Shown piece by piece: positions 46,899-59,365 of a stretch of 64,000 bases of DNA. The notes under the pieces were generated by a model that was not told where the DNA came from, searched no databases, and saw nothing but the letters and a program-made list of their open reading frames with translations. Position 1 is the stretch's first letter, and each line of letters begins with the position of its first letter. Where the stretch lies: assembly GCF_009914755.1 (NCBI RefSeq), contig NC_060939.1; one strand, written 5' to 3'. The DNA comes from the human T2T-CHM13v2.0 reference genome, Homo sapiens. A program made the translations under genes and the position numbers.

Positions 46899-47399
46899 TA
46901 TCTTTTCCATTTGTGTTGCTGTAACAGAACACCTAAGACTAGGTAACTTATAAAGAACAAAAATTTATTTCTGACAATCTGGATGCTAACAAGTCCAAGA
47001 TCAAGCCTGCAGCATCTGGTGAGGACCTTCTAGCTGTATCCTCACTTGGAGGAAGGCGGAAGGACCACAGGGACCTACTGCCTTAACAATCCCCTTTATA
47101 AAGGCACCTAAGCCCAATCACAGGGGAGGAGCCCTCCCACAGTTTAATCACCTCTGAAAGGCCTTGCCTCTTAATAGTATCACACTGGCAACATTTGAAT
47201 TTTGGAAGGGACACTTTTTTTTTTTTTTTTACTTTTTCAAATGATATTTATTTAATTTCCCCAAAGTGCATATTCTGTTCTGATACACACACATACATCT
47301 GTGTAAATATAACTCCTCATGCAAAAACGTATTTTCATAAACATCTCTTTTGGTTACCAAATATCCAGGAGTCAGAAGGGACACATTTAAACTGTAGCA
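46899..47399 (-). mobile_element. MSTC/MSTD-type MaLR solo LTR interrupted by an anonymous retro-insertion
   Basis: TCCATTTGTGTTGCTGTAACAGAACACCTAAGACTAGGTAACTTATAAAGAAC...CCTCTTAATAGTATCACACTGGCA; terminal GAAGGGACACATTTAAACTGTAGCA after the insert. Confidence 0.85.
47215..47374 (-). pseudogene. Short polyadenylated retrocopy (3' end of an unidentified transcript, or orphan transduction)
   Basis: On the minus strand: 144-bp body, AATAAA (47247-47252) 16 nt before an A16 tail; TSD GAAGGGACAC (47205-47214 / 47375-47384). Confidence 0.85.
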
Positions 47400-47425
47400 G
47401 GAACTATGGCACTTACTTTCTGATT

Positions 47426-47709
47426 TTTATTTATTTATTTTGTGTGTGTGTGTTGGAGTCTCACTCTGTTGCCCAGGCTGGAGTGCAGTAGTGCAGTCCT
47501 TATGGGTTCAAGCAATTCTCCTGCCTCAGCCTCCAGAGTAGCTGGGATTACAGGCACGCACCATCACACCCAGCTAATTTGTGTCTTTTTAATAGAGACG
47601 GGGTTTCGCCGTGTTGGCCAGGGTGATCTCGAACTCCTGACTTCAGATGATCGCCCACCTCAGCCTCTCAAAGTGCTGGGATTACAGGCGTGAGCCACCG
47701 CACCCAGTC
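47426..47709 (-). mobile_element. AluS with a short deletion in the right arm
   Basis: TSD TACTTTCTGATT (47414-47425 / 47710-47721). Confidence 0.94.
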
Positions 47710-47721
47710 TACTTTCTGATT

Positions 47722-47950
47722 CTTAATGGCGCTTACTCTTTTCCTGCTGCAGTAATCGTGGAAGCAAGTGATGATACTGTGGTGTCCTAAAGCAAAGCAT
47801 CCTGGATCACTGTGCCAGCAGGTGGAGAACACCGCCCTGAAAATCTGCCTGGACTCCTAGTCCATTATGCGTGAAAATCACTCTTGCTGTGTGAAATTAC
47901 AGATATTCTGAGATTGTTACTGCAGCAAAGCTAGCCTCTGCTCACCGGTA
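47722..47950 (+). mobile_element. Old MLT1-type LTR 3' part (probably continuous with about 46810-46898)
   Basis: CTCTTGCTGTGTGAAATTACAGATATTCTGAGATTGTTACTGCAGCAAAGCTAGCC resembles an MLT1 LTR 3' end. Confidence 0.5.
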
Positions 47951-48927
47951 GATAAAGAAGATGCCCTTGGTTGCTTAGCATCTGCACTGAGGTTTTTTTA
48001 AGTCCCTCATTTTCTTGCCCTTCTTCTTACCCCCACATTTCCTTATCTTCTATTGTTGATAGAAAGAGTGGTTGGGTCTTATTAACTCAAGTAAGGTCAA
48101 AATGATGATACTTGAGTGTGGGAATGATACCAAGAGTTAAGGAGGAAAACTTTTCTACAGATCCAAGATATGAGAAATGGCACCAATGTTTCAAGGATGT
48201 TTCAAGACATAATTTTAAGCCATGAACAAAATAGTAGATGAGAATCTAGTTGATCAAAATTAACTTGATGAGAAAATATACACAGGTATATAGGTGTGGG
48301 GGTGTAAATATATATGTGTGTGTGTGTGTATCTATCTATATATATATATGTTAAGAGGAACATTAAAAAACACCTGATAAACTGCAATGAAATTCTGCCT
48401 TAATTACATCAAAATGTTATGGAATTTTAATAATCATAATTTTTATGTATTTATGATATTCTCTTTTTTCCCCTTGTGAGCCAAAACAAGATCAAACACC
48501 TTTCATTCCCTGCATTGGCTGCACTTGTGAGAAATATTAGTTGATTGGAAACATGGTCTCTATCAAGAGAGAAGTTACAAAGAAAGACCTAACACTCTCA
48601 CTTAATGGGATTATTTTCCTCTTGAGTCGCATGCGGTATTTAAAAAAGTATAACATAACTGGATATGCTTTGTATCAGAACTTATCGGTAACCTGTATTT
48701 CTCTACTGATATGTTACCCATGAAAATTCAGTTCTACTCTTTGGGCCTTAGTTTTTCATCTGTGAAATTAGGGTATTAGACAAGATGATGTGTTAGAGCA
48801 CTTCTCAACCCACAATACTGTTATATTGAGCCTACCTTTTCTTTATCAGATGTTTTTCATTTGATTTTTAATTATGATTTAATTCGGAAGATAGGGTAAG
48901 AAATTCCAGAGTGCTTAAGGTGGTATT

Positions 48928-49310
48928 ATTTTTTCTTTCTTTCTTTCTTTTCTTTCTTTTTCTTTCTTTCTTTTCTTTCTCTTTCTTTCTTTCTTTCTTT
49001 TTTGTTTGTTTGAGAAAGAGTCTCACTCTGTCACCCAGGCTGGAGTGCAGTGGCACGATCTCAGCTCACTGGCTCACTGGCTCACTGCAACCTCTGCCTC
49101 CCAGGTTGAAGTGATTCTTCTGCCTCAGCCTCCCAAGTAGCTGGGATTACAGGCATGTGCCATGACGCCTGGCTAATTTTTTGTATTTTTAGTAGAGGTA
49201 AGGTTTTACCATGTTGGCCAGGCTGGTCTTAAGCTCCTGACTTCAGGTGATCTGCCCACCTCAGCCTCCCAAAGTGCTGGGATTACAGGCGTAAGCCACC
49301 AAGCCCAGCC
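48928..49310 (-). mobile_element. AluSx-like with (TTTC)n tail and GCTCACTG x3 micro-triplication
   Basis: Full antisense dimer; triplication at 49064-49087. Confidence 0.96.
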
Positions 49311-50009
49311 TATTTTTTAAATGTCTATGCATTGCAAGCATGAACAACAAAAGTCGACCTCTGTAGGATTTACTAAATGTATTAGAATAGTAAAGATCTA
49401 TACGTACTTTGAGGACTTTTTAATTTTGTTTTTTAACTATTCTTAATTATTACATTATTAGGTGTCCTAGATTTCCCTTGCTTACTCCTCGGATAGTTCT
49501 TTTAAAACTGTAAGTTTTAGTTATAGCACATGTAGTGCTACAAAATTGGGGAAATTAAAATTGAAAATAAATGCAGGAACTTAATACTAGTCTAAGAAAG
49601 AGTGTCCCCTGAATATTTCTTTTTCTGTGCTTGCCCATTTATATGCAGGCATACATTTGCAGCAGTAATCATTTCACCGATAAAATTTTTGTGTTCTTCA
49701 TTTTTTACTTGTCTTCAATAATAGTAATTTTCTTATATTGTTCTGCCTTTTCTTATTCATCTTTAGGGCAGGTTACACTACTTAGAACTACCTCTGAATC
49801 TGAAAATATTCTTACATGGTAGCAGTTTGTCCACTTTTTCCCCTTGTTTTTACCATCATTTTTCTTATACTGCCTTATCCAAATACAGATAGGAATTCCC
49901 ATAACATATCAATAGCTATTTTAGATCTATTCCAATATATTCCAATATCTAACTTACAGATACATATTTTAAAAGGGATAGAAAAAATTAAAGTAGGTAC
50001 AGATGGGAA

Positions 50010-50340
50010 CAACAAAAATGATTAAAGCATGGGAAAATGGGACCTCTGGGGAAAGATAATAGGACATGAGATTGTTTGTTCTTTAGAAAAGAAAACCAAA
50101 AACTGAGGGGTAGTTTTAGAAGGTTCATGAGGAATGTGTGGAATTATCATAAGAATGAATGTTTCAGGTTTTTTATATATATTTTGTAATAGAACTTGGA
50201 TAAATGGGTTTACATTGTGATTAGGGTGGGCATAAAGATGCTATGATGGCATACCTCTGGGACACACCAATGAGAAACACTCATCAAGGAAACTTTTGAA
50301 GGCTATGAAATACTCAGGAGTTTCCCACTTCTAGTAAACA
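50010..50340 (+). mobile_element. L3/CR1 relic
   Basis: AAAAATGATTAAAGCATGGGAAAAT...GGGAAAGATAATAGGACATGAGATTGTTT...AGAAAAGAAAA...ACTGAGGGG resemble the CR1 RT end. Confidence 0.45.
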
Positions 50341-51519
50341 AGTATGTGTCTTTGTCATATGCCAGCTGTGAGTAGTTCCATTCAGGACACTATGTTTATT
50401 TTCCAGAGTATCATGTCTATTCTCAGTAATTATAGCCTCTGACGGACGCATCAATGTTGCAGACACCAAATATCCCTATAAAGAAGTCTTATCGCAATGA
50501 ATACTGAACTCATCCTTCAAAACAGATTTAGTCTCCAAATCCTACTCTTTTTCCCTGGAAGTTGGATGCCTTCACATGCCAAGATCGCAGGAAGCACAGA
50601 ATTCTCCCCACATTATTCCACCTGCCCCTCCATCTCTCTTCTTTCTTCAGTCTTGTAGATTTCACTAATAAAATCGTTTGAAGACCGGACAGTAAGAAAA
50701 AATATATGTATCAACTCGGTAATGTTTCAGGATGCTATAATTTTTTCATTGCAGTTTTATGAAAATTATTCTCCTGGAGTCATTTCTTGATCCCAATTTT
50801 AAGGTCCCTAACATTACTCACATTTCCCTTTGTCACAGGAAGAACAATCTTTTCTGCAAAGGCTGGGGAATTCTACTCATTTTTGTGTCCAAAATTGTTC
50901 CATTTATGCACTAAACTTCTTTGAAATATTAAAAGCAATAGGAATCCCATGGTTGTGGATTTTATAGCTGTCTACCATGTAGACCCTAGACTCAAACAAC
51001 ATGGGTTAAAATCCTGGCTGGAACACTGACTGGTTTGGAGGTACTGGGAAAATTTTTTTGTGATTCAGTTTCTTCGCTTGTCCATTTAAAGTCACAGTAT
51101 AACTCATTTCACATCATCATGGCTTTACGGTAATCCCTTTTTCTGAGTCCCCATAACCTTCCTAAGCAATGTTCTCTAGTCCTGCCATTTTTATGGCAAC
51201 ATAAAATTTGCTATTTGATGTCCACTACAAACACAAACAAACAAAACACCAAAATTTTAAGTTTAATAGGCTACAGTGATTTAGCATGAGGATGCCCTTC
51301 ACTCATTGAGCAGTGTTTCTTGGTTACTCATTCAATGTCTCTTCTCCCTTGCACATCATCAGCTACCCCACCTGCCCCATGGTATCAAGAAGCCCAAATG
51401 TTCCTCTGGTCTGAATGCAAGCCTACTGTGTCAAGCGTTTAGCAAAACATCCTTACTACCATTCTCTCCCTGTGAAGAATTTCAGTGCCAACTCTTAAAA
51501 TACAAACACTGTGCCTATC

Positions 51520-51720
51520 TCACTATCCTAGGTTTGAGTTCCAGCTCACCCACTCTGTGGCTATGTGGCCTCTGTCACACCACCATCTCCTCTCCAGACA
51601 TTAGTCTCTTCACCTGGAAAGCAAAAATTATAACACAAACGGTTTTAAATGGGTTAGTGCATGTGACATGTTCAGAAGAATATCTGGCAATGGAACATCC
51701 ATAATACATTTTAACCATCT
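51520..51720 (+). mobile_element. MIR SINE
   Basis: CTAGGTTTGAGTTCCAGCTC...GGCTATGTGGCCT...AGTCTCTTCACCTGGAAA. Confidence 0.65.
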
Positions 51721-53272
51721 TATCCCTAAACTTAAGGAGTTATTATAATAATCAAATTACACTAGGTATATGAAAGAATTTATCAGTGGAAAATCCCTGA
51801 GTGTTATTGACAATGTCTTAACCATTATTGGAAGTCACTCCCTTTCCTGGGTGCCTCTCTGTGCTTCTGTATCCTTAATACAAGGATTGTTGTGAACTGT
51901 GTGTCAGTCTTCATGCTGCATGTGAATTCACAGAAGAGAACGTGGGTACTTTTGTTTTGCAAAGTTCCAGGTCTGCCCTGGGGAAAGGGGCTGGCCACGT
52001 CTCTTCTGTTAAGTTCCCTCACAGATATAATCCAAGTTCTAGATAAAAGATCAGCTGGCAAGGTCAAGCTGACCGGAACCATGTCACAAAACAAAGTGCA
52101 GAACACGTCTTCTTTTCTTTATAAGGTAATTGACAAACCAGTAAATGTTGTAACTAATCTAACTTGGACTTGAGAAACTATTGGGTTTCTATTCCTTCAT
52201 TAATATCTCTATGGTCTTTGAGATGATTGCACAAAAAGTGACTTTAATAGGAAACAGGGACCAGTGATGTATTATTTATGTCATGCTAACCTTCCAGTAT
52301 TAAAGATTAAAAATTTAGGAGAGGAAAAGTCACATCACAGGACTCAGAAGTGGATTTTAATGGTTCAGGACAGGCCTACAAGGCGTGTTGCTAAACTTTG
52401 AGAAACGAGGGGAAGAGAAACATAACTTGATGGAAATTCTTTTAAATACTTCTGATTTGGCTGTGAATAAGAAAAAAATAAAAATGCATCAGTTAATGAA
52501 GAATGAACTGTGGAAGCTGTATTTTAAAATTCTTCATTAAAGGCATGTCAGCAGGGTGAGATTAAATTACCATTTACTGAGTGCCTATCAGGAGCTAAAA
52601 GATTTTGTTAATGATTTCTGGTGTAAAATTAAAAAGAAACATGTGAAATAGATATTGTTATTCTCAGGCTACAGATGCCAAACTGAAGCCCTAACATAAA
52701 AATCTATCAAACAAAACAAAAAACAACAACAACAGCAATAGCTTTGTAACAGATGGCCTAGCACTCTTTAGCCAAGTTCCCTCCTCTGCCTGAGTTAGCT
52801 CCTTTGCTTCTGGTCACAACTGTGTCCTTGATTGTGAGTATCAACAGTCTAAAGAAATGCATGCTGAAGAAAGACCCAAGGGTACTGAGCAAATCATTCT
52901 ACCCTAAATGATTAAGTTATTTCCAGATACAAGATCCTCTTCCTTATTCTTTAACTGTATCTCATTAGCAACTGGCTCATACACTGGACTCGAGTATGAA
53001 GTGGTCTGATTTGTACGGTGATGTGCCTGGGGCATAGTAGGTGATTAGCAAGCTTTATAATGTTGAACCTTTACGATTTCATCTATCTACCTTCAAAAAT
53101 ATGGATTTTAAATATACGTACACATTTTGATAAGTTGGAAAAATAACATATCAGAAGAAAAATATATCATTCTGACTCTGATAAACACTTTTAATTTTCT
53201 TGTATATTCTTCATCTATACTTTATGTGTATGTGTTTGGATCATAAAACTAGCATTAGACAGCACTGCACAG

Positions 53273-53337
53273 TCAGTCAGTAGAGCATGGGACTCTTAAT
53301 CCCAGGGTCGTGGGTTCAAGCCCCACGTTGGGCGCCA
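53273..53337 (+). pseudogene. DNA copy of mature tRNA-Lys(CUU) nt 12-76 including CCA; its last 18 nt are the LTR primer-binding site
   Basis: TCAGTCAGTAGAGCATGGGACTCTTAATCCCAGGGTCGTGGGTTCAAGCCCCACGTTGGGCGCCA; anticodon CTT at 53295-53297; only two CpG-type differences from the recalled tRNA-Lys-CTT; 5' acceptor strand missing. Confidence 0.95.
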
Positions 53338-53339
53338 GA

Positions 53340-54299
53340 TGAAGGGGGCCAGCCCTTCCACACCTGTGGGTGTTTCTTGTCAGGTGGGACAAGAGACTGA
53401 GAAAAGAAATAAGAGACAGAGACAAAGTATATAGAAAGAACAGTGGGCCCAGGGTACCAGCACTCAGCATATGGAGGACCCATGCCGGCACTGATCTCTG
53501 AGTTCCCTCAGTATTTATTGATCATTATCTCTGCTATCTCGGAGAGGGGGACGTGGCAGGACAATAGGGTAATAGTGGGGAGAGAGTCAGCAGGAAAACA
53601 TGTGAGCAAAGATCTCTGTGTCATAAATAAGTTTAAGGAAAGGTGATGTGTTTTGATGTGCACATACACAAACATCTCAGTGCATTAAAGAGCAGTATTA
53701 CCGCCAGCACATCTCACCTCCAGCCCTAAGGCGGTTTTCTCCTATCTCAGTAAATAGAACATACAATCGGGTTTTACACCGAGACATTCTATTCCCAGGG
53801 ACGAGCAGGAGACAGATGCCTTCCTCTTATCTCAACTGCAAAGAGGCCTTCCTCTTTTACTAATCCTCCTCAGACCCTTTATGGGTATTGGGCTGGGGGA
53901 CAGTCAGGTCTTTCCCTTCCCATGAGGCCATATCTCAGGCTATCACATGGGGAGAAACCTTGGACAATACCTGGCTTTCCTAGGCAGAGGCCCCTGCGGT
54001 CTTCCATAGTGTATTGTGTCCCTGGGTACTTGAGATTAGAGAATGCTGATGACTTTTAACAAGCATGCTGCCTTCAAGCACTTTTTTAACAAAGCACATC
54101 CTGCACAGCCCTAAATCCATTAAACCTTGAGTCAACACAGCACATGCCTCTGCAAGCACAGGGTTGGGGCAAGGGTTACAGATTAACAGCATCTCAAGTC
54201 AGAAGAATTTCTCTTAGTACAGAACAAATGGAGTCTCTTATGTCTACTTCTTTCTACGTAGACACAGTAACAGTCTGATCTCTCTTTCTTTTCCCCACA
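53340..54299 (-). mobile_element. HERV-K(HML-2) LTR, LTR5B-like, full length (960 bp)
   Basis: Minus strand starts TGTGGGGAAAAGAAAGAGAGATCAGACTGTTACTGTGTCT, contains GATCAATAAATACTGAGGGAACTCAGAG, ends GGCTGGCCCCCTTCA, followed by TC and PBS TGGCGCCCAACGTGGGGC. Confidence 0.96.
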
Positions 54300-55327
54300 G
54301 TGGCTATCTTCACATAGTCTATCATAAACATTTACCCATCTCATTAGATGATTTTTCATGGAGTGATTGTTAGCATCAGCAAGTCATTCTGCTTTTTCCA
54401 TAAAATTTAATGTTAAGAACTTCACATTGTTTTCATTGTTTTCAAATTTGCCAATGTTATATTTAGTGGTTGGGAAACTTTCACTTTTTTAACTTACTTC
54501 ACATCTAAGATTTCAAACACTTGATATATGTAACCAACTTAATAATGGATACCTAAATATTAATGCCAATATTAATAACTATTAAGTATTAATTGAAAAG
54601 AAAATATTACAACAATATGTAAAACCTGTCAGCCCTGGTGAATCCTCCTCTGTCCTTTTTTAAAGATAACTATCATGGTGAAGTCTGTGCAATCAGTCTG
54701 TGTCTGTTTCCTGAGGTTTTGTACACATGGTTGGATTCATTAATTACATACACCATTATTTTAGATTTTTTTAAAGTTATACACATATTGTCATATTGTA
54801 TATATCCTTTCTTTTGGCCAATTTTTTAAAGATTTGTATATATCAATACATGTCAACACATTCAATTCATTTAGCACATTTTAACTGTGAAAATTATGTT
54901 ATGGTATAAATTTTCCTACCAAATAATGTTGAACATCTTTTGGCCTTTTTGAGAATAAGTGTGAACATTTCTGAAGTGTAGGCAGCAAGAAGCAACAATG
55001 TGAGGCAATGAAGTACATTCTTCTTCAACTTTGATAGGTGTTACCCAAAGACTTTCTATATCAATTTAGCCAATTTCCATTCCACAAACAAAACATGAAT
55101 TGTTCCTTCCAACAAATTCTTTGCCGACACCTGGCATTATTTGACATTAAGTTTTGTCATTTTTTATTGTAGGGCTTTCTCATCTTATCCTCTTAAGCAT
55201 CTTTCTCGTCTTGTACTGTGTCACACACATTTACTGATGGCTATTATTTTATTGGCAGAGCAGACTTCTCCTCCTCTATGCTTCTTTTTATGTTTCAGAA
55301 GTATTTTGCCTACTTCCAGAACTCCAG

Positions 55328-55627
55328 GACCAGGCATGTTGGCTCACACCTGTAATCCCAGCACTTTGGGAGGCCACTTTTGGAGGGCGGATCACTTGAG
55401 CTTAGGAATTCAAGACCAGCCTGGCCAACATGATGAAAGACAGTCTCTACTAAAAATACAAAAATTAGTCAGGCATGGTGGTGCATGCCTGTAATCCCAG
55501 CTACTCTGGAGGCTGAGGCAGGAGAATCACTTGAACCTGTGGGGCAGAGGTTGCAATGAACTCAGAATGTGCCACTGCACTCCAGCCTGGGCGACAGAGT
55601 AGGATTCTATCAGGAAAAAAAAAAAAA
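55328..55627 (+). mobile_element. Alu (old S/J-like)
   Basis: Full dimer; small CACTTT(T)GGAGG duplication; flanking CTCCAG repeat. Confidence 0.94.
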
Positions 55628-56151
55628 GCTCCAGTTAGAATATTTGCCACTGTCTCTGACTCCTAGTTTGTACTGTGGTCTACAGTAGGTATTCAATAAG
55701 TAATCTGGAAGAAATGAATGAATGAACAAACAAAAAAATCATTGACATGTTATCAATTATCAATATTGATTCTTCCAACCCAGGAACCTTGCTATCTATT
55801 CATTTATTTACAATTTTTAAAAATTTCATTTTCCTGAGAAAAATTTTCTGACATTGTATGCCTAGGTTTTTTGCATGTTTGGTAAGCTTATTTCTTGAAT
55901 TTTTTTACTTTGTGTTACTTTTGTAAATAGGCTCTTTTTTGGGAGGGATTTATGACTGCTTATTTTTCAATATATAAGGAAAGTACAGGTTTGCTTATAT
56001 TTTATATATCCATACACTTTATAGGACGGCATTTATTTTATTTTCTTTACATGGCCAAAAATGACCTGCAAATAGTGATGTTTGTCTTCTTATTGCTAAC
56101 ATTTTGTTAGAATTGTTATCTCTTTTTCTTGTTATATAATATTGTCTAGAG

Positions 56152-56390
56152 ATTTTTTTTCTAAATAAATTGTATTGCGAATATTTAAGATATACAACAT
56201 GATGCCATGGCATATGTATAGATAGTAAAACGGTTACTGTAGTGAAGTAAATTAACATATCCATCATCTCACATAGTTACCCATTTTGTATGTGTGTGGC
56301 AAGAGCAGCTAAAATCTTCCTACTTCACAAAAATTATGAATATAATAAAATATTATTAACTATAGTCCTTATGTTGTATACTAGATCTCT
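56152..56390 (-). mobile_element. L1MA-type 3' end within older antisense L1M remnants (about 54600-59270)
   Basis: ATATTTAAGATATACAACATGATG...AATTAACATATCCATCATCTCACATAGTTACC...TATTATTAACTATAGTC. Confidence 0.8.
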
Positions 56391-56749
56391 AATATTTTAT
56401 TTTTAAAGTGCTAATAGTAAGTCTCTTTATCTTGCCCCAAACTTTAATTGGAATCACTCCAGAGCAGAAAATAGAAGTTCAAAAATGACAGGGGACCACC
56501 TGGCAACAGAAATAGGTGACATCAGCCAAGTATAAGATTGCTGGTTTTGAGCTTCACGTATTACCATCCGTTATAAGCCCCCTGTGGTTGTACACTGCCT
56601 TTTACAACTCCATGGGATCCAAACCAAACAGTTGTGCCTCACTCTGCTCTCTTTAGTGCATTCCCCTTAAGTGCCTACATGCTTGTGGCCTGCTACCGAT
56701 CATCTTAATGATGCTTTTAAAATTCCCTCTCTGCGTCAAATTTGCCTAG

Positions 56750-57184
<435 letters not shown>

Positions 57185-59284
57185 TAATATTAATAGGTTT
57201 CTACCAGGTAGTCCTTCTTGTCAGTTTTAATTAAATTCTGCTCATACATATTATATTATTGTTATGTTCATACTGACAAATACAATAAGCTAGGATTGTA
57301 TTTTGAAATTTTGCTTCTGAAATTTATGAAAGTTTATTAATCTTCATATGTGCACTTCGAAAAATGCTATTAACTTTTTAAACATGACATTGAAAGGGTT
57401 AACATCCTGTGTGTGAGTGTGTGTGTGTGGGTACACATGCATGCACATAAGCATGTATATGCCTGCTGAACTCGGCATTATTGGAATTATATACATGCGG
57501 AAATATGTTGAGAATTTTTCCATCTTTTTCTCTATTGCTATACCCTCTTTAATATCATATTTTCATTGATAAATTGAGTTTGGCATTCAAGCTATTTTGA
57601 CCAAGTGCAGTTTTTTGAGTCCTTGTTACATTACTCTAAGGTTATTGACATATTGATGTTTACAATTGCAATTTTGGTATTTGGTACTTTTTGTTCAATT
57701 TTTTTAAGAGATAGGGTCTATGTTTTCCAGGATGGTCTCTGTTCTTTCTTATAAAACTCTGTTATGTTAAGGTTTTCAAATTTAATAATATTGATTGATA
57801 AAAATTAAAATGTGGGTTTTTTTAATTTCCCCAGTGTCTGTGTTTAGAGCCCCTTTTCCATATACAATTTAATATATTTTCAGTTTTTGTTTTTAAAATT
57901 ATAATTCCTGAAGAGTCTTTTCCAAAATAATGATCAGGAAATTTATCTGTTTTAGAATTTTGAGGTATTTTGTCATCAGTACGATACATTTTAGTAAATT
58001 TTCTAAGGTACCTGAAAAAACATGTATTCTCTGATCTTGGAGAGTAAGTCTTAATACACTATTAAAGAATCGACATTCATTTGATAAATTCTTTTACCAC
58101 AGTTGTGGTTTTATTACATATTTATCTGATTTTTTTTCTAGACTTCCACAGATTGTTATTTGGCTCTGTGTTTTTTTAGTAATATAAAATTACCTATTTA
58201 ACATTGCATCCTGAATTTCACTTTTCCATTCCACTTGCGTTTGTTGGCGTGTGTTATATTGGTTTTTGTGATACACTGTTAGTCTTTATTTTTATTTTCT
58301 TTATATCTTAGCATGATTCCTTATAGTTAGTGTAATATGCTTCTTTGACTCAAAATTAAAATATTTTCCATTTAGTAGAAAAGTTGAAAGCAGTCATATT
58401 TATCAGATTGTATTTGTTTTTTACTATAGTTTGTGAAATTTTCTGCTTCTTCTATTTTCTCTCTCTTTACTTTTCTACGTCCCTGCAACTGGTTTTTTCA
58501 GAATAGTATCACTTTATTTATATTGATTACTGTTATGATGATCCCCAATCTACTTGAATCTATTTTTCTCTAATTATGCATGTCAAGAGTCAAGAGCCAT
58601 GGAGTTCATGCTGAGAAATTCAGTATGCCTTTTACATCTTTTTCCCATTCCTCTCACCAGTTGGCAGTTTTTATTCACATGATCTGGCATTTTACCTAAA
58701 TTCTAATTAAGAAATCATTGCTTTCACATGACTTACACTTCATATTTTCAGATTTTTTCTGGCATAGATGTTCATTCATGCAGATCTTTTCATATCTCAA
58801 AATTCCCATTGTAATAATTTTATTTCGATCCATCTCTGGGGCAGCTAAGCTATATCTCAAGTTTATCTTCTTCTCCCCAAAACTAATTGTCTGCTGAGTT
58901 CATCATGGCAGCATCCTTCTACCACTTGCATTTTCTGTTTATAAATGGAGGAATTTTCTTTCGTTCTCACCTTTCCCGCACACTCAGCTTTCAGCTGGTC
59001 ATTGCAATCTGCCGCACCTACCATACTCACCTGTCTGAGTCAAGAACTCATGTTTGTTTCCTTGCTTTCTCACAGGGATTGAAGCATTTTCTTCAGAGGT
59101 ATCCTCTTTTCTCATGGGAGAGGAATTGTGATTCAGCTCTTTGACTCTCCTAAGTGCTTCATTCTGGTATTATTTGCCCTTCACCTACAGAAATTCTTCA
59201 AAAGTCCTGCCATGCTGATACCAATTCCCTAACTTTAAGTGTTATTGTCTGCATTCTGTATAACCTATTGATCGTTTTTATGTT

Positions 59285-59365
59285 GAGCTACCAAATAAAA
59301 TCAATGATGCCCAGTTAAATTTGAAATGTAGACAGACAATGAGCAATTTTTTAGAATAAGCATGT
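59285..59365. mobile_element. MER53 half element
   Basis: CCAAATAAAATCAATGATGCCCAGTTAAATTTGAAATGTAGACAGACAATGAGCAATTTTTTAGAATAAGCATGT. Confidence 0.7.

Noticed and set aside
53262-53337. Functional tRNA-Lys gene, or a full 76-nt copy
   Set aside because: The 11 nt at positions 1-11 (GCACTGCACAG) match GCCCGGCTAGC only partly (5/11), restore the acceptor stem only imperfectly and break the A box. CCA is encoded and no T-run terminator follows. More likely flank.
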